A stretch of 62,873 bases of DNA, counting the filler, from Hyphochytrium catenoides (taxonomy: Eukaryota > Protista > Hyphochytriomycota): the NCBI GenBank assembly GCA_900088475.1. It is 11 parts of 11 records of this genome, joined end to end, with 100 filler letters (N's around TTAATTAATTAA, not from the genome) between each part and the next. Parts side by side here need not be neighbours in the genome. Positions count along the whole stretch, not along the records: positions 33,837 to 40,784 come from FLMG01001095.1; positions 40,885 to 48,508 come from FLMG01001883.1; positions 48,609 to 55,442 come from FLMG01003377.1; 8 more parts are not named here. The stretch is one strand, 5' to 3'. The notes beneath the pieces are model-generated. The model saw nothing but the letters and a program-made list of their open reading frames with translations. It did no database searches and was not told where the DNA came from. Below, one piece after another: positions 39,136 through 52,560 of the stretch. Position 1 is the first letter of the stretch; each line of letters begins with the position of its first letter. The position numbers were made by a program, and so were the translations under genes.

Positions 39136-39232
39136 TTCCTCTCTTTTGCCCCCTCGCTCACCCTGCCTCTTTCTTTCTTTGGATCTCTCTTTGTATAATG
39201 CTTTTCCTCCCTCCTGCCTCGGAGACGGAGCT

Positions 39233-40784
39233 CTACTTCTCCTTTTTCTCTTCCATGTAGTCTCCTCCTTCGAGCTCCGTCGTCCAATCAAAGGCTGTCC
39301 AACCCTCAATAAACTTAAGAACCTTCTTTCTCTCCGCCTCAAAGTTCAACCGCTTCTGATGGCGGTCGAACCTTCGGGGCGGGAGGCCTAACATTCCTGC
39401 GATGACGTCCAGTCCAAACTCCTTAGGGAACTTCTCCTCATTCTCTATAACGTGCGCATATCCCCCTCCTGCCCATTCGACGTGAAAGAATGGAAAGTCC
39501 TGGGAAAGAGAATAGCGAGAGAGACAGAGAAGTTATAAGGCCCAGTGGATGATGGTGGTCAGAGGGAAGACACCGGAGGTGATCGGGGCAGCGAAGAGAG
39601 AGATGAATAGGAAGAAAACTTCGCCGCGTTGACCAAAGACATGAGATGGGAATGCTAGCACGAGACTGGAGAACGGAAGAGATGCATGGAAGAAGGAGCT
39701 GGCTTCGCTGGAAGACGAGAGGAAAGCGAAAGGCAAGCGAGAGAAGAGAAAAAAGCGCCAATAGGGAATTATCAGCGCACCTTAGGAATTGATCGCTGTA
39801 GACCCTTCTCTGATGTATTAATAAGCTTCTTATGCGTCGACCACTCTTCGTCAGCCTCCATCAGGCCCTAGGACCGTGGCAGCAACAGGATAACGCACAG
39901 CGAGACGAGGCACACGGTTACAGAGAGACAGAGAGAAAGGGAGTGGCTGATCGAAGAGACCGAAACAAAAACAGTATAGAGAGAGAGGAGGTGGTCACGT
40001 CGACAATTGAGTGAGAGAGAGAGTCCAAGACAGATGTAGATCAGGTTGAAAACGAAGAAGAGGGAGCTGGAGCCCAAATGGGGCAGATTCTGACTAAGCA
40101 TGCGACGAAAGCTAATTCTCCCTTCCTGAATTCTGTCTCGTCCCTCCTTTCAAGCCTCTCTCTCCCTTATCTCTCTCTCCCTCGCCCGATCTTTCTCTTC
40201 CAGCTCATTCTGATTCCTTACCTGCTTAAAGTACATCGGAGCGTCCTCTTCCACTGACAAAGGGACTGGGATGCACTCAATAATGAAGTGCGGCCTGCGA
40301 TTGAAGCCAGTTGATGTCTCGAGGAAGAGCACGCCGCGCTTTTGAGATCGGAACATTCGGTACAGAGACTGATAGAGGTATAGAGAGACAAAAGAGAGAC
40401 AGACAGACAGACAGGCAGAGACAGAGAGGGAGGGGAGGAGGAGAGAGAGATGGAGAGAGGAGAGAGAGAGGGGGGACAATGTGAGAATTGATAAGAGAGA
40501 GGTGCGGTAGAGGAGGGGGAAACAGTTCCCGATAGAATAGCAGGGGCCAAGAAGGAAACTATAGCCACAACGCTAGGACATTAGGGTCGACGAGGTGGAT
40601 TGTTCAACCAAAGCGTCAGACAGGAACAGGACTGGAGGCCGTCACTCTAGCAAAAGGGAGAGAGAAGAAAGAAAGAGAGACACAGAAAGGAGGCACACAA
40701 AAGTCAGGCGGAAACAGGGCAATATACCTAAAGAGAGAGACAGAGCGGGGAGAGAGAAACGCACCTGCTTGAACTTCACCAGCT
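39233..40784 (-). CDS. CWF19L2: CWF19-like protein 2 (CwfJ C-terminal domains), 3' part
   Basis: Exons VKFKQ|SLYRMF..VLFLETS..HFIIECIPVP..DAPMYFKQ|GLMEADEEWSTHKKLI..GLQRSIPK|DFPFFHVEW..GGYAHVIENEEKFPKEFGLDVIAGML..WTAFDWT. Confidence 0.9.
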
Positions 40785-42904
40785 NNNNNNNNNNNNNNNN
40801 NNNNNNNNNNNNNNNNNNNNNNNNNNNNTTAATTAATTAANNNNNNNNNNNNNNNNNNNNNNNNNNNNNNNNNNNNNNNNNNNNAGTTATGGCCTAAAGG
40901 CACCTCAGGTAGAGACTTTGTGCTTGCCGGGCAGCCTTGTCAGCGGGGATCCGAGCACCAGGAAATATCAAGCACTGGGGCTGCCGAGTGGAAGTTGTCT
41001 CACCGATGGTCTTCGCTAGCTCTCTCTCTCAGTTGTCTCTCTCGGGGTAACGGGTCTTCATGAGCCAAGCTTCAGCAGAGTCAGAGCAGAGAAAATCAAC
41101 TATCTCCAGCAACAGCTGGGCCCACGCTGTTTCTCTCTATCTGTTTCTCTCTATTTCTCTTCACTCTCTGTCTCTCTCTCTCATCTCTCTCGTTTCCTCT
41201 TTCCTCTGTCTTTCTCTTTGTCTCTCTTACTCTCTCTCTTACTCTCTGTTTTTCTCTCTCTGTTTCTCTCTCTCTCTCTTTCTCTTTCTCTCACTCTCTC
41301 TCTCTTTCTCTCTCTCTCTCTGTGCAGCAGTTGGCGATGACAGTGGCGCTTCCTCTCTCTCTCTCTCTCTCTCTCTCTCCGCCCTGGGGCAGTTGCAGAG
41401 CTTCATCCCTTGTGTAAAGGGACCATGGGCACTCCTACCACGGACCAGCAGATACACCATTGTATGCCATACAAAATAACATGGAGATATGTACTTTTAT
41501 TTAGAATTTACCTACCGTTGTATTGGACTGATTCGGAATAGCCTATTTTAGGGCTGAAGTTTATAAGTCAGGGCTCCTCCACTCTGTGCAGGGCCACGTG
41601 ACTCCTGGTACTTCGTTATTCCGCATTATGGCTAATCTCCCAGGACACACTTTCCCTGCGATTGCTGTGGATCGACTCCCGACCCACGGCAATTGTTTTT
41701 TGCCCACAGTAAGCTCTCCTCACTCTCATGTACTTGCAACCGGTTTAAAACTACTGCTAGACTCTATGCAGGTAATATAGAACTAGACTTACTACTACTT
41801 CATTTGGAAAGAGTTGAAGAGTACCAGAACTATGTTACCTGCGTAATAAAGTCTAGCAGTAGTAATAAGGCCTTATCCAGAACTTAGTAAGGAGTGTTCG
41901 ACTACTGTTTGAAGAAGATGAAGAGATGCAGATATGTACTACGAAGCAACAAAAGAGAATAAAGAAAGAGCTAATAAATAGGCCAAAGAGAAGAGAAGAG
42001 CAGAGAAGCTAGGACCTCACCCGGGCCGGGCATCATTGACCGAAGGAGGAAGCAGCACCGAGGAGGCGGCGGGGAGATCGTCCTCCTCTCTAATAATGCG
42101 AGAGAGGAAAAGGTCTTGATCCTGCTCACGGCCAGCCACCGAAAGGGCGTCGTCAGGAGCAGGAGCAGCTGCAGGAGCAAGGGAAGAAGAAGAAGCAGGG
42201 AAGAGTGCAGAACAAGAGAGGAAAGTAGAATCATGGAGGAAGGCGGCAAGGATCTCCCCAGTAAGGAACTATTTATAAAAGTACAGTCTGCAGGTTCTAT
42301 CTGTACCTGTAGAAGCAGCCTCCACATCTCTGCTGCCCAAGGTTCTCTTCCTAGAGTCGTATTTTTGGAGTTCCAGATTCTATGTTATTAGGATAGAAGA
42401 AAGAGATTTATAAGATCGGGCCGTGATGAGAGGGACTGGGATGTGAGATGCAAGTGACAGGATCATCGACAGGGGCAATAGAGAGAGGAGCATCAGACCC
42501 TGGCGGCGGTCACAAGGGAGAGCTTCCTGCTTCAACAGAAATCGGGCACACTCGGTGGCAGAAGTAGGAGGACTGATCTCTGTTAAAGCTGGGAGGTTAT
42601 GGCTCCACCCCTTCCCAACTCTCTGATGAATCCTAACCCTTTCTTATCTGTAACGAGCTGTTGCTGAAGATAAAGTGGAACTATATATTAGGGCTTGTAA
42701 CAATACACAGGGATTCGCTGATTTCAGCTCTGTGCTCCCTTGCTGTCGAATAGAAAGGCTGCTGCTATACTACATGGGCTGGTTCTTAGGGTCTTGTTGT
42801 CAATGCAACGATGTAGACTTAGATTCTCCTCTCTGCGACAACTCTTAGGTGCACGCCAACCTGCAGCACCGTGTGATAGCACAAGACATGCTTCAGCAGG
42901 GCCT

Positions 42905-44607
42905 CTAGACCATGCCTGTGCTATCTCCAGCTGAAATAGGAATATCACGTATCCGAGAGGAGTCCCTGAAGACTGCATGCAAGCCTACAAAGCCCAGACT
43001 GTACAGTGGCATGACCAAGAAGGTTAGCGCGATCAACGTACATTCAGTAGTTACCTACGTAAAAGACCCACAGTAGAGATCCGGAACAGAGGAGGAGGGC
43101 GAGAGACAAGGCATTTGGAAACCAGCGCAGTAGGGTCTTCTAAAGAAAACAAAGTAACTTGCAAAGCCTCTTACCATAAAAAGAAGATCCAGATGAAGAC
43201 ATTGACCAGGAAGAATGTGATCAGCAGGGAAGTTACTGTGCGAGAGAGATGACAAGAAGACGTTAAGGGCGATCCTGAGGAAAGGCCCAGGGACTTGGCC
43301 AGCCGACGTAATGGGTGAGGAGTCTAGAGTGGCGAGCTTGTTGAAGCGATCGCGCAGAGCAGACAGGTACCAAGAAAAGGAAGGCAGACGAAGAGCAAGG
43401 AACCGAACAAAGAACTAAACAGTGAAAATTAGACCTAGATTCTTGCCATAATAGGCCAGAACGTGCAGAACATGCAGGCTATCCCTACCTGAAAGTCCGA
43501 TAGGAAGGACTAGTCTTCTATCGATGGCTTTCCCTTGGATCACTATGGGTTCGTTGCCGCGTCTGATGAGCGGGGTAAACAGTAAGTTTCTTCCTCAGCC
43601 AACAATGTAAGTAAAGGATAGGACGTAGAGCAGTGGAGCACGGATCCAAGGTATTGGAAAGGGTGCGATGCATGCTCCATCAAGAAGCTGATAAGTAGCT
43701 TAGGTAAAGAAGGGGCCATCACCTACTTTAGCACCTGGAAGAGCCGATACCATGCTATTGCGATGATAAGGGAAAGAATCAGGCTGGTAGGGTGGTAGAT
43801 ACTACAAGGAGAAGGGTCGACAGTAAAAGGGCAAGTGTGTTAATTTGGCAATAGAAGGCGACACCGTAGAGAAGTGGGGGGAGGGAAGAGGCGCAAGGGC
43901 ATCGAGAGAGGGCAAGCAGGCAAAGCATAATGTCCGGTAAGCCTCAGCCACCACGTTTACCGCGCCTTAAAGCCCTCTCTGGCCCTTACTTTGGACAGCC
44001 CCCTCTTTGTCCTCTCGGCCTCGCGTTCTACTGTTCAGCCCCAGGTACGACTCTTTGCACCCGGGTTTACGACGGCCTAACCACCCTGATGCACTTACAT
44101 GACGAGGACTGCGATAAGTACTGCAGAAAGAAGGTAGTTGACCAGAAAATAGTCTAGGTTCCTTTGTACTCTGGCCATTAGCTCGGAGCCGTTACCAGGC
44201 AAACCCCATGCAGATCTCTCCGTGGTGCCAAAGAAGACGAAGAAGGATCGAACATTGTTCATCGTCAAGCGCGGGTACAAGTATCCTGGGATTTTCTTGT
44301 AGGAAGGTGAGCCCAAGAGAGAGTGGAGTGAGAATGTTAACCTAGTTGCTAACTCGTAGGACGGCAAGAAATGGAAGAAAGAGAACGCAACGAAGCATAA
44401 GCTATAAGGAGTAGCATGGTATGCACCGGTAGATGTAAGTGTCTAAAGCGAGGAACCTAATAAGCCAATAAGAGCATAGAGAGACTGTAGGAAAGCATTC
44501 CTTGTCCAATTTGAAGCTAAGGACTACTCGGGAGAGCGTCGCAGAGCAGAGATCGCACTTACAAAGAGAAGCAGTTGCTGCATATAGCCCATGCTATCCT
44601 CAGCCAT
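42905..44607 (-). CDS. PRA1 family (prenylated Rab acceptor) protein, 6 exons: 44607-44563, 44295-44099, 43801-43727, 43562-43489, 43235-43175, 42998-42905 (181 aa)
   Basis: All phases consistent; VRSFFVFF..ARVQRNLDYFLVNY..IYHPTSLIL..W..GNEPIVIQGKAIDRRLVL..VGLHAVFR are PRA1 hallmarks. Confidence 0.88.
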
Positions 44608-47600
44608 AAGGTCTGGACCTAGAAACCAGAGAAGATAGAGCGGACAAAGCCCACATGAATAGAAAGTTCTCTCCTAGTCCACTGTAGATACGCCTCCTCC
44701 GTCCCTTCTCTTCTCCCTCCTATTCCCTCGTTGATCAATGACCTTACCGGTTGCGATCTGTCCCTTCATGTTTGACCAAGCTTAACGGTGTCGAAGTGCC
44801 GTGGCAGCGAGAAGAAGTAAGCTCTTGGGCTCCCAGATGTTCAACGGCTCTAAAGAGGACCGACTTTAAGTGTTTGAGAACGGAGGAGCCCTGCGATATC
44901 AGCGCAGACGCGGAGTATTTGGATTAGAAATGATGCTCTTGATTTTGTCTGACCAAGCGCTTCTGCGTCGTTGCTAGAAGAAGCGCGAGAGTGCAGGCTC
45001 TTGACAAAGGCTATTTGTCGGCCAGGCACAGCAAGGAACGGCAGTAATAGAATCAGATTGCTGATCACTCCACGACGTCTGCCCTCATTGAGATGGCCTC
45101 TCGACCAGAACTGCCTTCCGTAGTGCTGTGACCTATCTTCTGCCTAGAGCATTCTCTCTGTCACACTGGCTGATGGCGTGGAGTCAGTGAATGGGTCAAG
45201 CTACTGCTCCTGCTGGCTGCTGCTGCCTCCTGGTTGCTACTCTGCTGGGTCCTTGGTCCTTGATCCTTGAATGAGATGCTCGGATGGACAATAAGAGGAA
45301 CCTATTCCGTTGTGACAATCCCTGGACCTGACCACATCCTGTCGATCATAACCGCAAATACCGTTAACGGCCAAGAGCATTGACACGCAACCTACCGCTA
45401 ACGTCCGGGACCGTCCGGAGGTCATGCTTATTATGACTGATGACGACGTCGTCCGTTATTAAGACAGGTGGTCAAGGAAGGAGGGGTTGACAACAGTCGA
45501 CGCTACTTGTAATAACAATCATCATTACTGCTTCTTCGTCTTTTCTGAAGGCCCATTGTTTATGTTTATTAGCCGTGGCCGCTGCCATCATCGGCTCTTC
45601 TTTCTTCCACCCGACTGAAGTCGCAATAGATTAGCTACTAATGATGGTGATGGCTGAACAACATTGTTTCGCATTCCTGTTGTACGAGTAGTATTTCTCA
45701 CGCACGATTGATCTTATGTGCCAGCTAATTTTTAAATTTTACTGATGTTGCCTTTAACATCATCAAATCTCAATACCTTGTCGGTTCTGTTTAAGATCGG
45801 CAACGTTTTTGTCCGCACTAACTAACGTCGGGGAAGGGGTCTCTCCTGCCTCGACACCCTCCTGCTGCTCTCTTTCTGTCCTAACTGCTATTCTTTGTCT
45901 CGTAATACTTTCCGAACAAGTGGTTGGGCGGTCTTCCTACCTCTTCCCTTCTCTTCGATTTCTCTTCTGTCTCTCCTTCTGCTCGCAAATATTGCATCAT
46001 CTTTCTTCCTCTTCTTGCCAGTCAAATAGTGTCCCACTAGTCACTAGTCCCTCACCTCACTAACTGCATGACAACTAACGGGCACAAAAGAAACATGAAG
46101 AACGGAAGTATTTCTTTGGGGGAAAAAGTGCTAAGCAGCGAGAGGAGTTGCACATTTCGTAATAGTGAGGTTATAAGAAGATGTTTTTTTGTAAATAGAG
46201 AAGATACCAACGACTATTAAAAGCAAGAGTAGAAGAAGAAGAAAATGAAGTAAGAGCTACGAAGTCTTGGTCATTTCGACTCTCCTGAATCATCATCTTT
46301 ATCAGAGAGGAAGAATCATAGTTGATATTCTCAGCAAGGGTTAAGCATAGGGGGAGGTGAACGGGAAGGAAAAGCACCAAGACCTTCATCCCTCTCAACC
46401 AAGCGGACAAGCAAAAGACAGGTCCACCTGCAGAAGATGAGGTGAATACGTTTCAGGATCTGAAGAGCATGTTTTTAATGGATCGCCAAAAAGAATCTAG
46501 TGTGAGGACCTAGAGGTATCGCCAGTAGGACCGGCGATCATAATGCCGAGAAGCATCAACAAGTGAGGAGGCGATCACATTGAAGCGTCACAAGCTGCTG
46601 CAGACAGCCCAGGAAGAGAGGAGGCATAGCCCCTCTCGAAGACTCCCAAACTAGCAGGAAAAACTGCTCCTGCTGTACAGCCTTACAGCGACCTCCATAT
46701 TTCTCTCTTCAACTTCATGTTCGCGGACACCGACCTTGATTCCGGCATGGCGTGCTACATAAGGAAGAATTGACCACAGGATTCTAGACTGCAGCCACTC
46801 CGTGATAGACGCATTCATTAGAGTCGTTTGCTGAAGAAAAACTTGTTGAGAAGCCACGAACTAATAAACTCCACTGGCTTATGATTGAAACCCGCAACAA
46901 GGAGGTGGACGAGGTGCACGAGAGATTTTTGCATCAGAGAATGGAAAAATTATGGAAGGGACCTTCCTTTCTTTATTTAGACGGAGTCCTATGGTAGAAC
47001 GAAGAAAGAGAGATAATATTCTATACCAAAATACAGTCAAGAAAACAAAGCAGCCCCATCTCTACAAGAGGAAAACTGAACCAGTTCAAACAGCCTCAGC
47101 CTATCGGCCACTGATCCCAAGGGGTTGTCGACTAAGTACCACGTTCTGAAGGAGAGCACCCTGAAGGAGGCAGACGATGGTCAAACCATCGCTGCATTAC
47201 TTTGTTAGGTGTGGACGGGAAGATATCCTCGTTGTATTATCTAGTAGGCCGTGACAGAGAGAGAAGAGGAGGAGAGAGTATCCCGACGACAGCACCCTTA
47301 TATTAATATAGTACTCTACGTTGCGAGACCAGGGCGCTGTTTTAAGGTTTCTCCGTTTTGTTACTTATGGCGTGATGATGATGTAGGACACCGGCGTCAA
47401 ATTGGCTGTGATGATGATAGGACCTATTAAAAAAACCGGAATAACGGAATAACAACAACGACTCTAATTAATTGCTCGTACCCACGAGGACCAAGGAGGA
47501 AAAAGGGAGGAATTGGCCAGAAGCTGCAGAAGAGAACACTTCGTCGACTCGGTGCGGCCCTTACTTGGTGGTAGTAGAGGAGATGGTTCTGTTCTTTCTT

Positions 47601-48834
47601 AGAACTCCAAAGCTTTCTTGCTTCAGAAGTCTTCGTTGTCTCACGTAGTAAACAGCATATCAAGGAGAAGTAGTAGGGGTGCTACCGTACCACAACAAGA
47701 AGAGATGCTCGTCATCGCCGAAAACCGACTTCCATCGCTGCGTCTCGGGACGGTCAGAGAGAAAGACAAACGAAACTTGACGGCCCCGCCGCCTTATTTA
47801 TCAACGAGGAAGGTCTCAAACTCTCCTAAGACGTGAGGATATATTTGAAGTCTTCTCCAGTAGTAGTATGTCAGCTACGAGAACACTGTTCTGAAGCCGG
47901 CAAAGCAACATGAATAAGAGGATATTCACTTCATCCACAGACCCACCAGGTGAACTCTCCGTACTTCTGTACTACGCGCCACTTTACACGTTACTGACCG
48001 TTGATCTTTATTAAACAAGATTTGCACATTACTTTTGCCAGACCTAGGTAAGGCCTTAGTAGTACCGTGGACGGAAGGCTAATCGATCACAAGTAACTCC
48101 TCTGTTGGTTGACAGAAGAGCAAATCAGTTCATCATGATGCATGCTGCTGCCCATAATATTCAACGGAAACGAACAAGATCCTCTTTGCAACAACAACTA
48201 CCCCTACTGTAAATCCTTGATTTTTTTAGTGGCTGGTCATGTTCTTTTTTTTTCGTTAATGTGGCCTTTATTACTAGAAAAAATTAAGGAGTGACTAGTA
48301 GACTACTGTTGACACTGAGAGCTCTTTTTTTATTGTTTTTTTCGTTTAACTATTATCGCTACTAATAACAGACTAATTCTAATAGAAGAAGAAAGAGAAA
48401 AAGAAGAAGAGGAAGAAGAAGAGAAGAAAAGCTAAGAAGAAGCTTTAGGCACTTCCATCAACTCAGCTCGAACCTGCTCCCTGATCATCATCAGTAAAAG
48501 AAGAATCANNNNNNNNNNNNNNNNNNNNNNNNNNNNNNNNNNNNNNNNNNNNTTAATTAATTAANNNNNNNNNNNNNNNNNNNNNNNNNNNNNNNNNNNN
48601 NNNNNNNNTCCTCTTCCTCCATCGTCCTTCTTAGCTTCTCAACATCTTCAACTTAACCTTTCATCCTTCTCCTACGGTCGTCACTGCTCTCATTCCTCGT
48701 CTTCTCTCTCCTAATTTCTTCCCCTCTCTGTCGCGGTTCTTACTGTCTTCGAGGTCTCCTCTCTGTTACTGTCTCTCTGTCTCTAGAGTCCTTGCTGTCT
48801 GTCTGTCTCTTGTAGCTTTGCGGTCTCTCTCTCT

Positions 48835-49090
48835 CTGTTTCTCTCTCTATTCCTCTCTCTCTCTCTCTGTATTCCTCTCTCTCTCTCTGTATTCCTCTCT
48901 CTCTCTCTGTATTCCTCTCTCTGTTTCTCTCTCTCTGTACTCCTCTCTCTCTATATATATTCCTCTCTCTCTCTCTCTCTCTCCCCCTCTGTGTCTCTCT
49001 CTGTGTGTCTCTCTCTGTGTCTCTCTCTGTGTCTCTCTCTGTGTCTCTCTCTGTGTCTCTCTCTGTGTCTCTCTCTGTGTCTCTCTCTCT
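48835..49090. repeat. Compound micro/minisatellite: (ctctct..gtattc)n followed by 12-mer (ctctctctgtgt)n
   Basis: Directly visible periodicity; gives the DTER-repeat pseudo-ORF. Confidence 0.85.
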
Positions 49091-49650
49091 CTTTCTCTCT
49101 TTTACTCTTTCTCCCTTCTCTCTACAACTCGAGAACCACTGTCGAAACAGCCTTTTCTTACAGCTCCCAAGACATCCCAACTTTTGTGATGGATACCTTT
49201 CAAGGAAACATACCGGCAATTATCCTCCTCACTCTCTAACAACTTACCCCTACAGCCCTGAAAGCTTTAAATCTCTCAAACTGAAAGAAACAATTTTTAA
49301 GTACTCTTAACAAGGGTCAGAATCACTGCTGAGTAGCCATTATTACCGCCGCAACTTGTGTAGGGGGGACATATCAAAAGTGTAGGTTTGGAGCCAGAGG
49401 ACCCACTGTCATTTTGCTCTGTCTCTTCTTCTTAGCTAATCCTTCGCCGCCCAGGAGGCTCTTTGGCTCTCAGATGGAAGCTTCTGATCTGATCCTTAGC
49501 CGACCAATGACCTTGGCCTCTTTTTCCTCCTTCTCTCCTCTGCTCTCTTGTCTTTTTGCCCCGTCTACCTAAAAACCCTGATTCACTCTTCTTTTCTCTC
49601 TTTTTTCTCTCTCTCCTATCTCTCTTTCTCTCTCTCTCTCTCTCTCTTTC

Positions 49651-49690
<40 letters not shown>

Positions 49691-51159
49691 CGCTCGCTCC
49701 CCTTCCTCCCTTCTCTCCCTCTCTCTTGTTCTCGCTCTCTCTTTCTGCTCACTCGCTCGCTCGTTGTTGACAAAGGACAGCAAGTAGTTGTTGCTTTGTG
49801 TGGTGGTTGGGAGAAGGAGCAGCTCCTCTCGTCTGGAAGAAAGTGATGAGATGATGCAACAAGACAGCCCGCCACAGCTTTTGTCATATGAACTGGCATT
49901 GTCTTCTCCTTCGTCACTTCTTTCTCAGCAGGTCTTCTCCGCCACAGACTGCTCAGCAACTTGTAACCAGATGATGAACCTTCTTCTTCTTGCTCCTTTT
50001 CTCAGGAGCTACAACAATCTATGCTCTTTCTCTCTCTCTCCTCTCCCTATCCCATTTTCTCTCTCTCTTCTCCCTCTCTCTCCCTTCTCTTTCTCACTCC
50101 CATGTCTCCTTACTTTCAGTGTCCCTCTCTCTGCTCTTTCCTCAACAGGCCGGCTTTTCTCTCTCGAGTATAAGCTTCCATCCTCATTCTTCCAGTTCGT
50201 TCCTTCCGCTGCTAGTCTTGTACGGACTTAGACCACACCAACGCCACAGGAGAGCTATTGTATATTGTCCACAGCCTGCCTCGTTGCTTCTTCTTTAAAG
50301 AGATGCATAAGACTCTGAGCTTGTCCCCTTCTTCTTGTCTCTCTCTTTCAAACTTTGAATTTTCTCCTCTCTCTCTCTCTCTCCTTCTCCGCTCTTTCTC
50401 CTTATTTTCATGGTATACCGTTCTTCTTTTATCTCCTCCTCCATCACCTCCGTTTTATATTACGTTGGTCAGCCTTGATTGCCTGATCTTTTACCTTCCT
50501 TTGGTCTTGATAAAGAAAGCTCTATCGTTGCCCTGCTGGACTCCTTCCTCGCCCTCGCCGTCTTCTGCCGCCGGTTCCAAGAAGAAGAACGAAGAAGAAA
50601 AACATTATTCATTAATCTTCTCTCGTTGCTAAGAAGAAAAAAATAGTGGTAGTAGTAGAAGAACCACCATGTAGCTTCCTCTCTTCTTCATCATCTTTTC
50701 CTGGATAGTCCTTCTCCGGCTGGGCGAGGAGCCGGCGCAACAAGGAGGAAACTTCCGCCTGAATGACCGACGGCGGCGTTGATGAAGAAGCAGCAAATTT
50801 TATTGAGAAAACGTGGTAGGGAGAAGATGGAGTAGGTGCGCGCTGCTGCTGCTGCGGCGGCGGCGGCGCGGCTTCCATCATCAGTAGTTAGGGGAAGTTC
50901 TTCTTCTTTTAGCGGCAAAGTTATCATCATTGTCCTCCTTTCTCCTTCCCTCCTCGGTCTTGGCGATTATGGACTTGAAGAGCTGTAAGAGGGAGGAGAA
51001 GAGAGGGAAGAATGAAAGTCTGACCAGCAGAAGAACAGGAAGATGAGAGAGAGAGAGACAGAGAGAGAGAAGAGGAGAGAGAGAGAGAGAAGCAGAGAGA
51101 GAGAGAGGAGAGAGAGAGAAAGAGAGAGAGACAGAGAGAGGGAGAAAGAAAGAGAGGGG

Positions 51160-51190
<31 letters not shown>

Positions 51191-51344
51191 GGAGAGAAAT
51201 AGGAAGGGAGAAAAGAGGGATTGAGAGAGCCAGAGAGGAACGAATGTGAGGTTCAAAGAGCAAAGAGAGAGAGAGAGAAAAAGGAATCTCCAAAAAGAAT
51301 CACAGGTCCAATTCGGATGCAGATCTAAATCCTATCTAAACCAT

Positions 51345-51768
51345 TAGAAGCGCCCGGCCACGAGTGGGTCATTGGGGAAATCGACATAACTTCTTGTCTA
51401 CTTGGAAATTTTTGGTGCTCTAAACGCCATATTGAAGACCTGCCTGAGAGCTTTCAAACGGTACCAGCGGATTGTTAATATCCTCCTTAGTTGCAGAGAA
51501 ATTAATGAGTAAATTTGTTAGAAAATGTATGGGATCCTTCCACGAGTGGGTCACTCTGCCACGAAGGTTTCACGGATTGCCTGCAAATGCCCACATCATT
51601 GATTTAAAAAGGCTTTTCACTTTCCATACCGGCTTTTTTTCCCCAGCCGCGTTGTGTACCTAATTATAAACCTAAGTCGGAGAATTTGGAAAGGTAATGG
51701 TGTAGGAAAAATTACTTTTTTGACCCACTCGTGGCAGGAATTGACCCACTCGTGGCCGGGCGCTTCTA
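51345..51768. mobile_element. MITE / non-autonomous TIR DNA transposon (~420 bp)
   Basis: Perfect 27-bp inverted ends tagaagcgcccggccacgagtgggtca (51345-51371) and 51742-51768; outer TA may be the target duplication; AT-rich non-coding interior. Confidence 0.85.
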
Positions 51769-52560
51769 CCCTAGTAGTATGTAGTTCTTAGTAAGCTTAA
51801 CCTCTGCTGAAATTTACCTAAAAAAACAAGCCACAATGGGGTTCACAAAGGTTCACTTCCAGAAGTTGGTGGAAAAAGCTACGGTCTCAAGACCGTCAAT
51901 GTACAGTAGCCCTTTGTACCCCCGTGCACAGCTCTCGGGATGCTAGAATAGAGACGGTTCTATTCAGTATGATTCCTAGTCGGACCGGTTTTAATCCAAA
52001 ATAACAGTTGAATACATATTGCTTTGACCACAAGCCTCAAATGGGATCACTGTGTTAGGTTGTGTGAAGAAATAGCACAGATGAGACATAAAACACACAA
52101 TCTCTTTATCGTAGGGTATAAATACTACGCAAAACATGTGTAGGTTTGGCGTCAAAGTGAGTCTGCAACTAGCTCGAGGTAGTGTGTCTGATGGGTGCAG
52201 GTATTGTGAGGATTTTTCATTTTCGGACATTGAAACTTTCAATCTCAATTTTCCTCGTCATTTCCGCCTCAACAATTTTTCTATTTTCAGGCTCTTTCCC
52301 GCAGACATCGGACCGGAAAAAGCTTCAGAAATCATTTTCCAGACTGGCAGGAAGCTTCAAATTTCTTTTACCGCGACACCGGCTGTTTTAGAAGCAGTCA
52401 CCCTTGTACGCTGGTAAGCGGGCTTCTGAGATTCAAGGGAGGAAAAGCGGGACTCAATTGTCGTCGACGGCAGGCGACTCCCGCTCCATTCTGTTGAGCG
52501 GCGAGCTAGGGGATTTAGCTGCAAGAAACTCTTTCAGCTTTTCGCCTTTGACCTTCAAGT

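Noticed and set aside
43055-43330. Copia-integrase-like reading ILPGQCLHLDLLFM
   Set aside because: Off-frame reading of PRA1 exon 5 and its flanking introns
47369-47425. Two GTGATGATG box-C-like motifs (snoRNA?)
   Set aside because: No convincing D box, terminal stem or guide; consistent with a GAT microsatellite duplication
50500-50990. GC-rich short ORFs on the minus strand
   Set aside because: Interrupted frames with no recognisable domain
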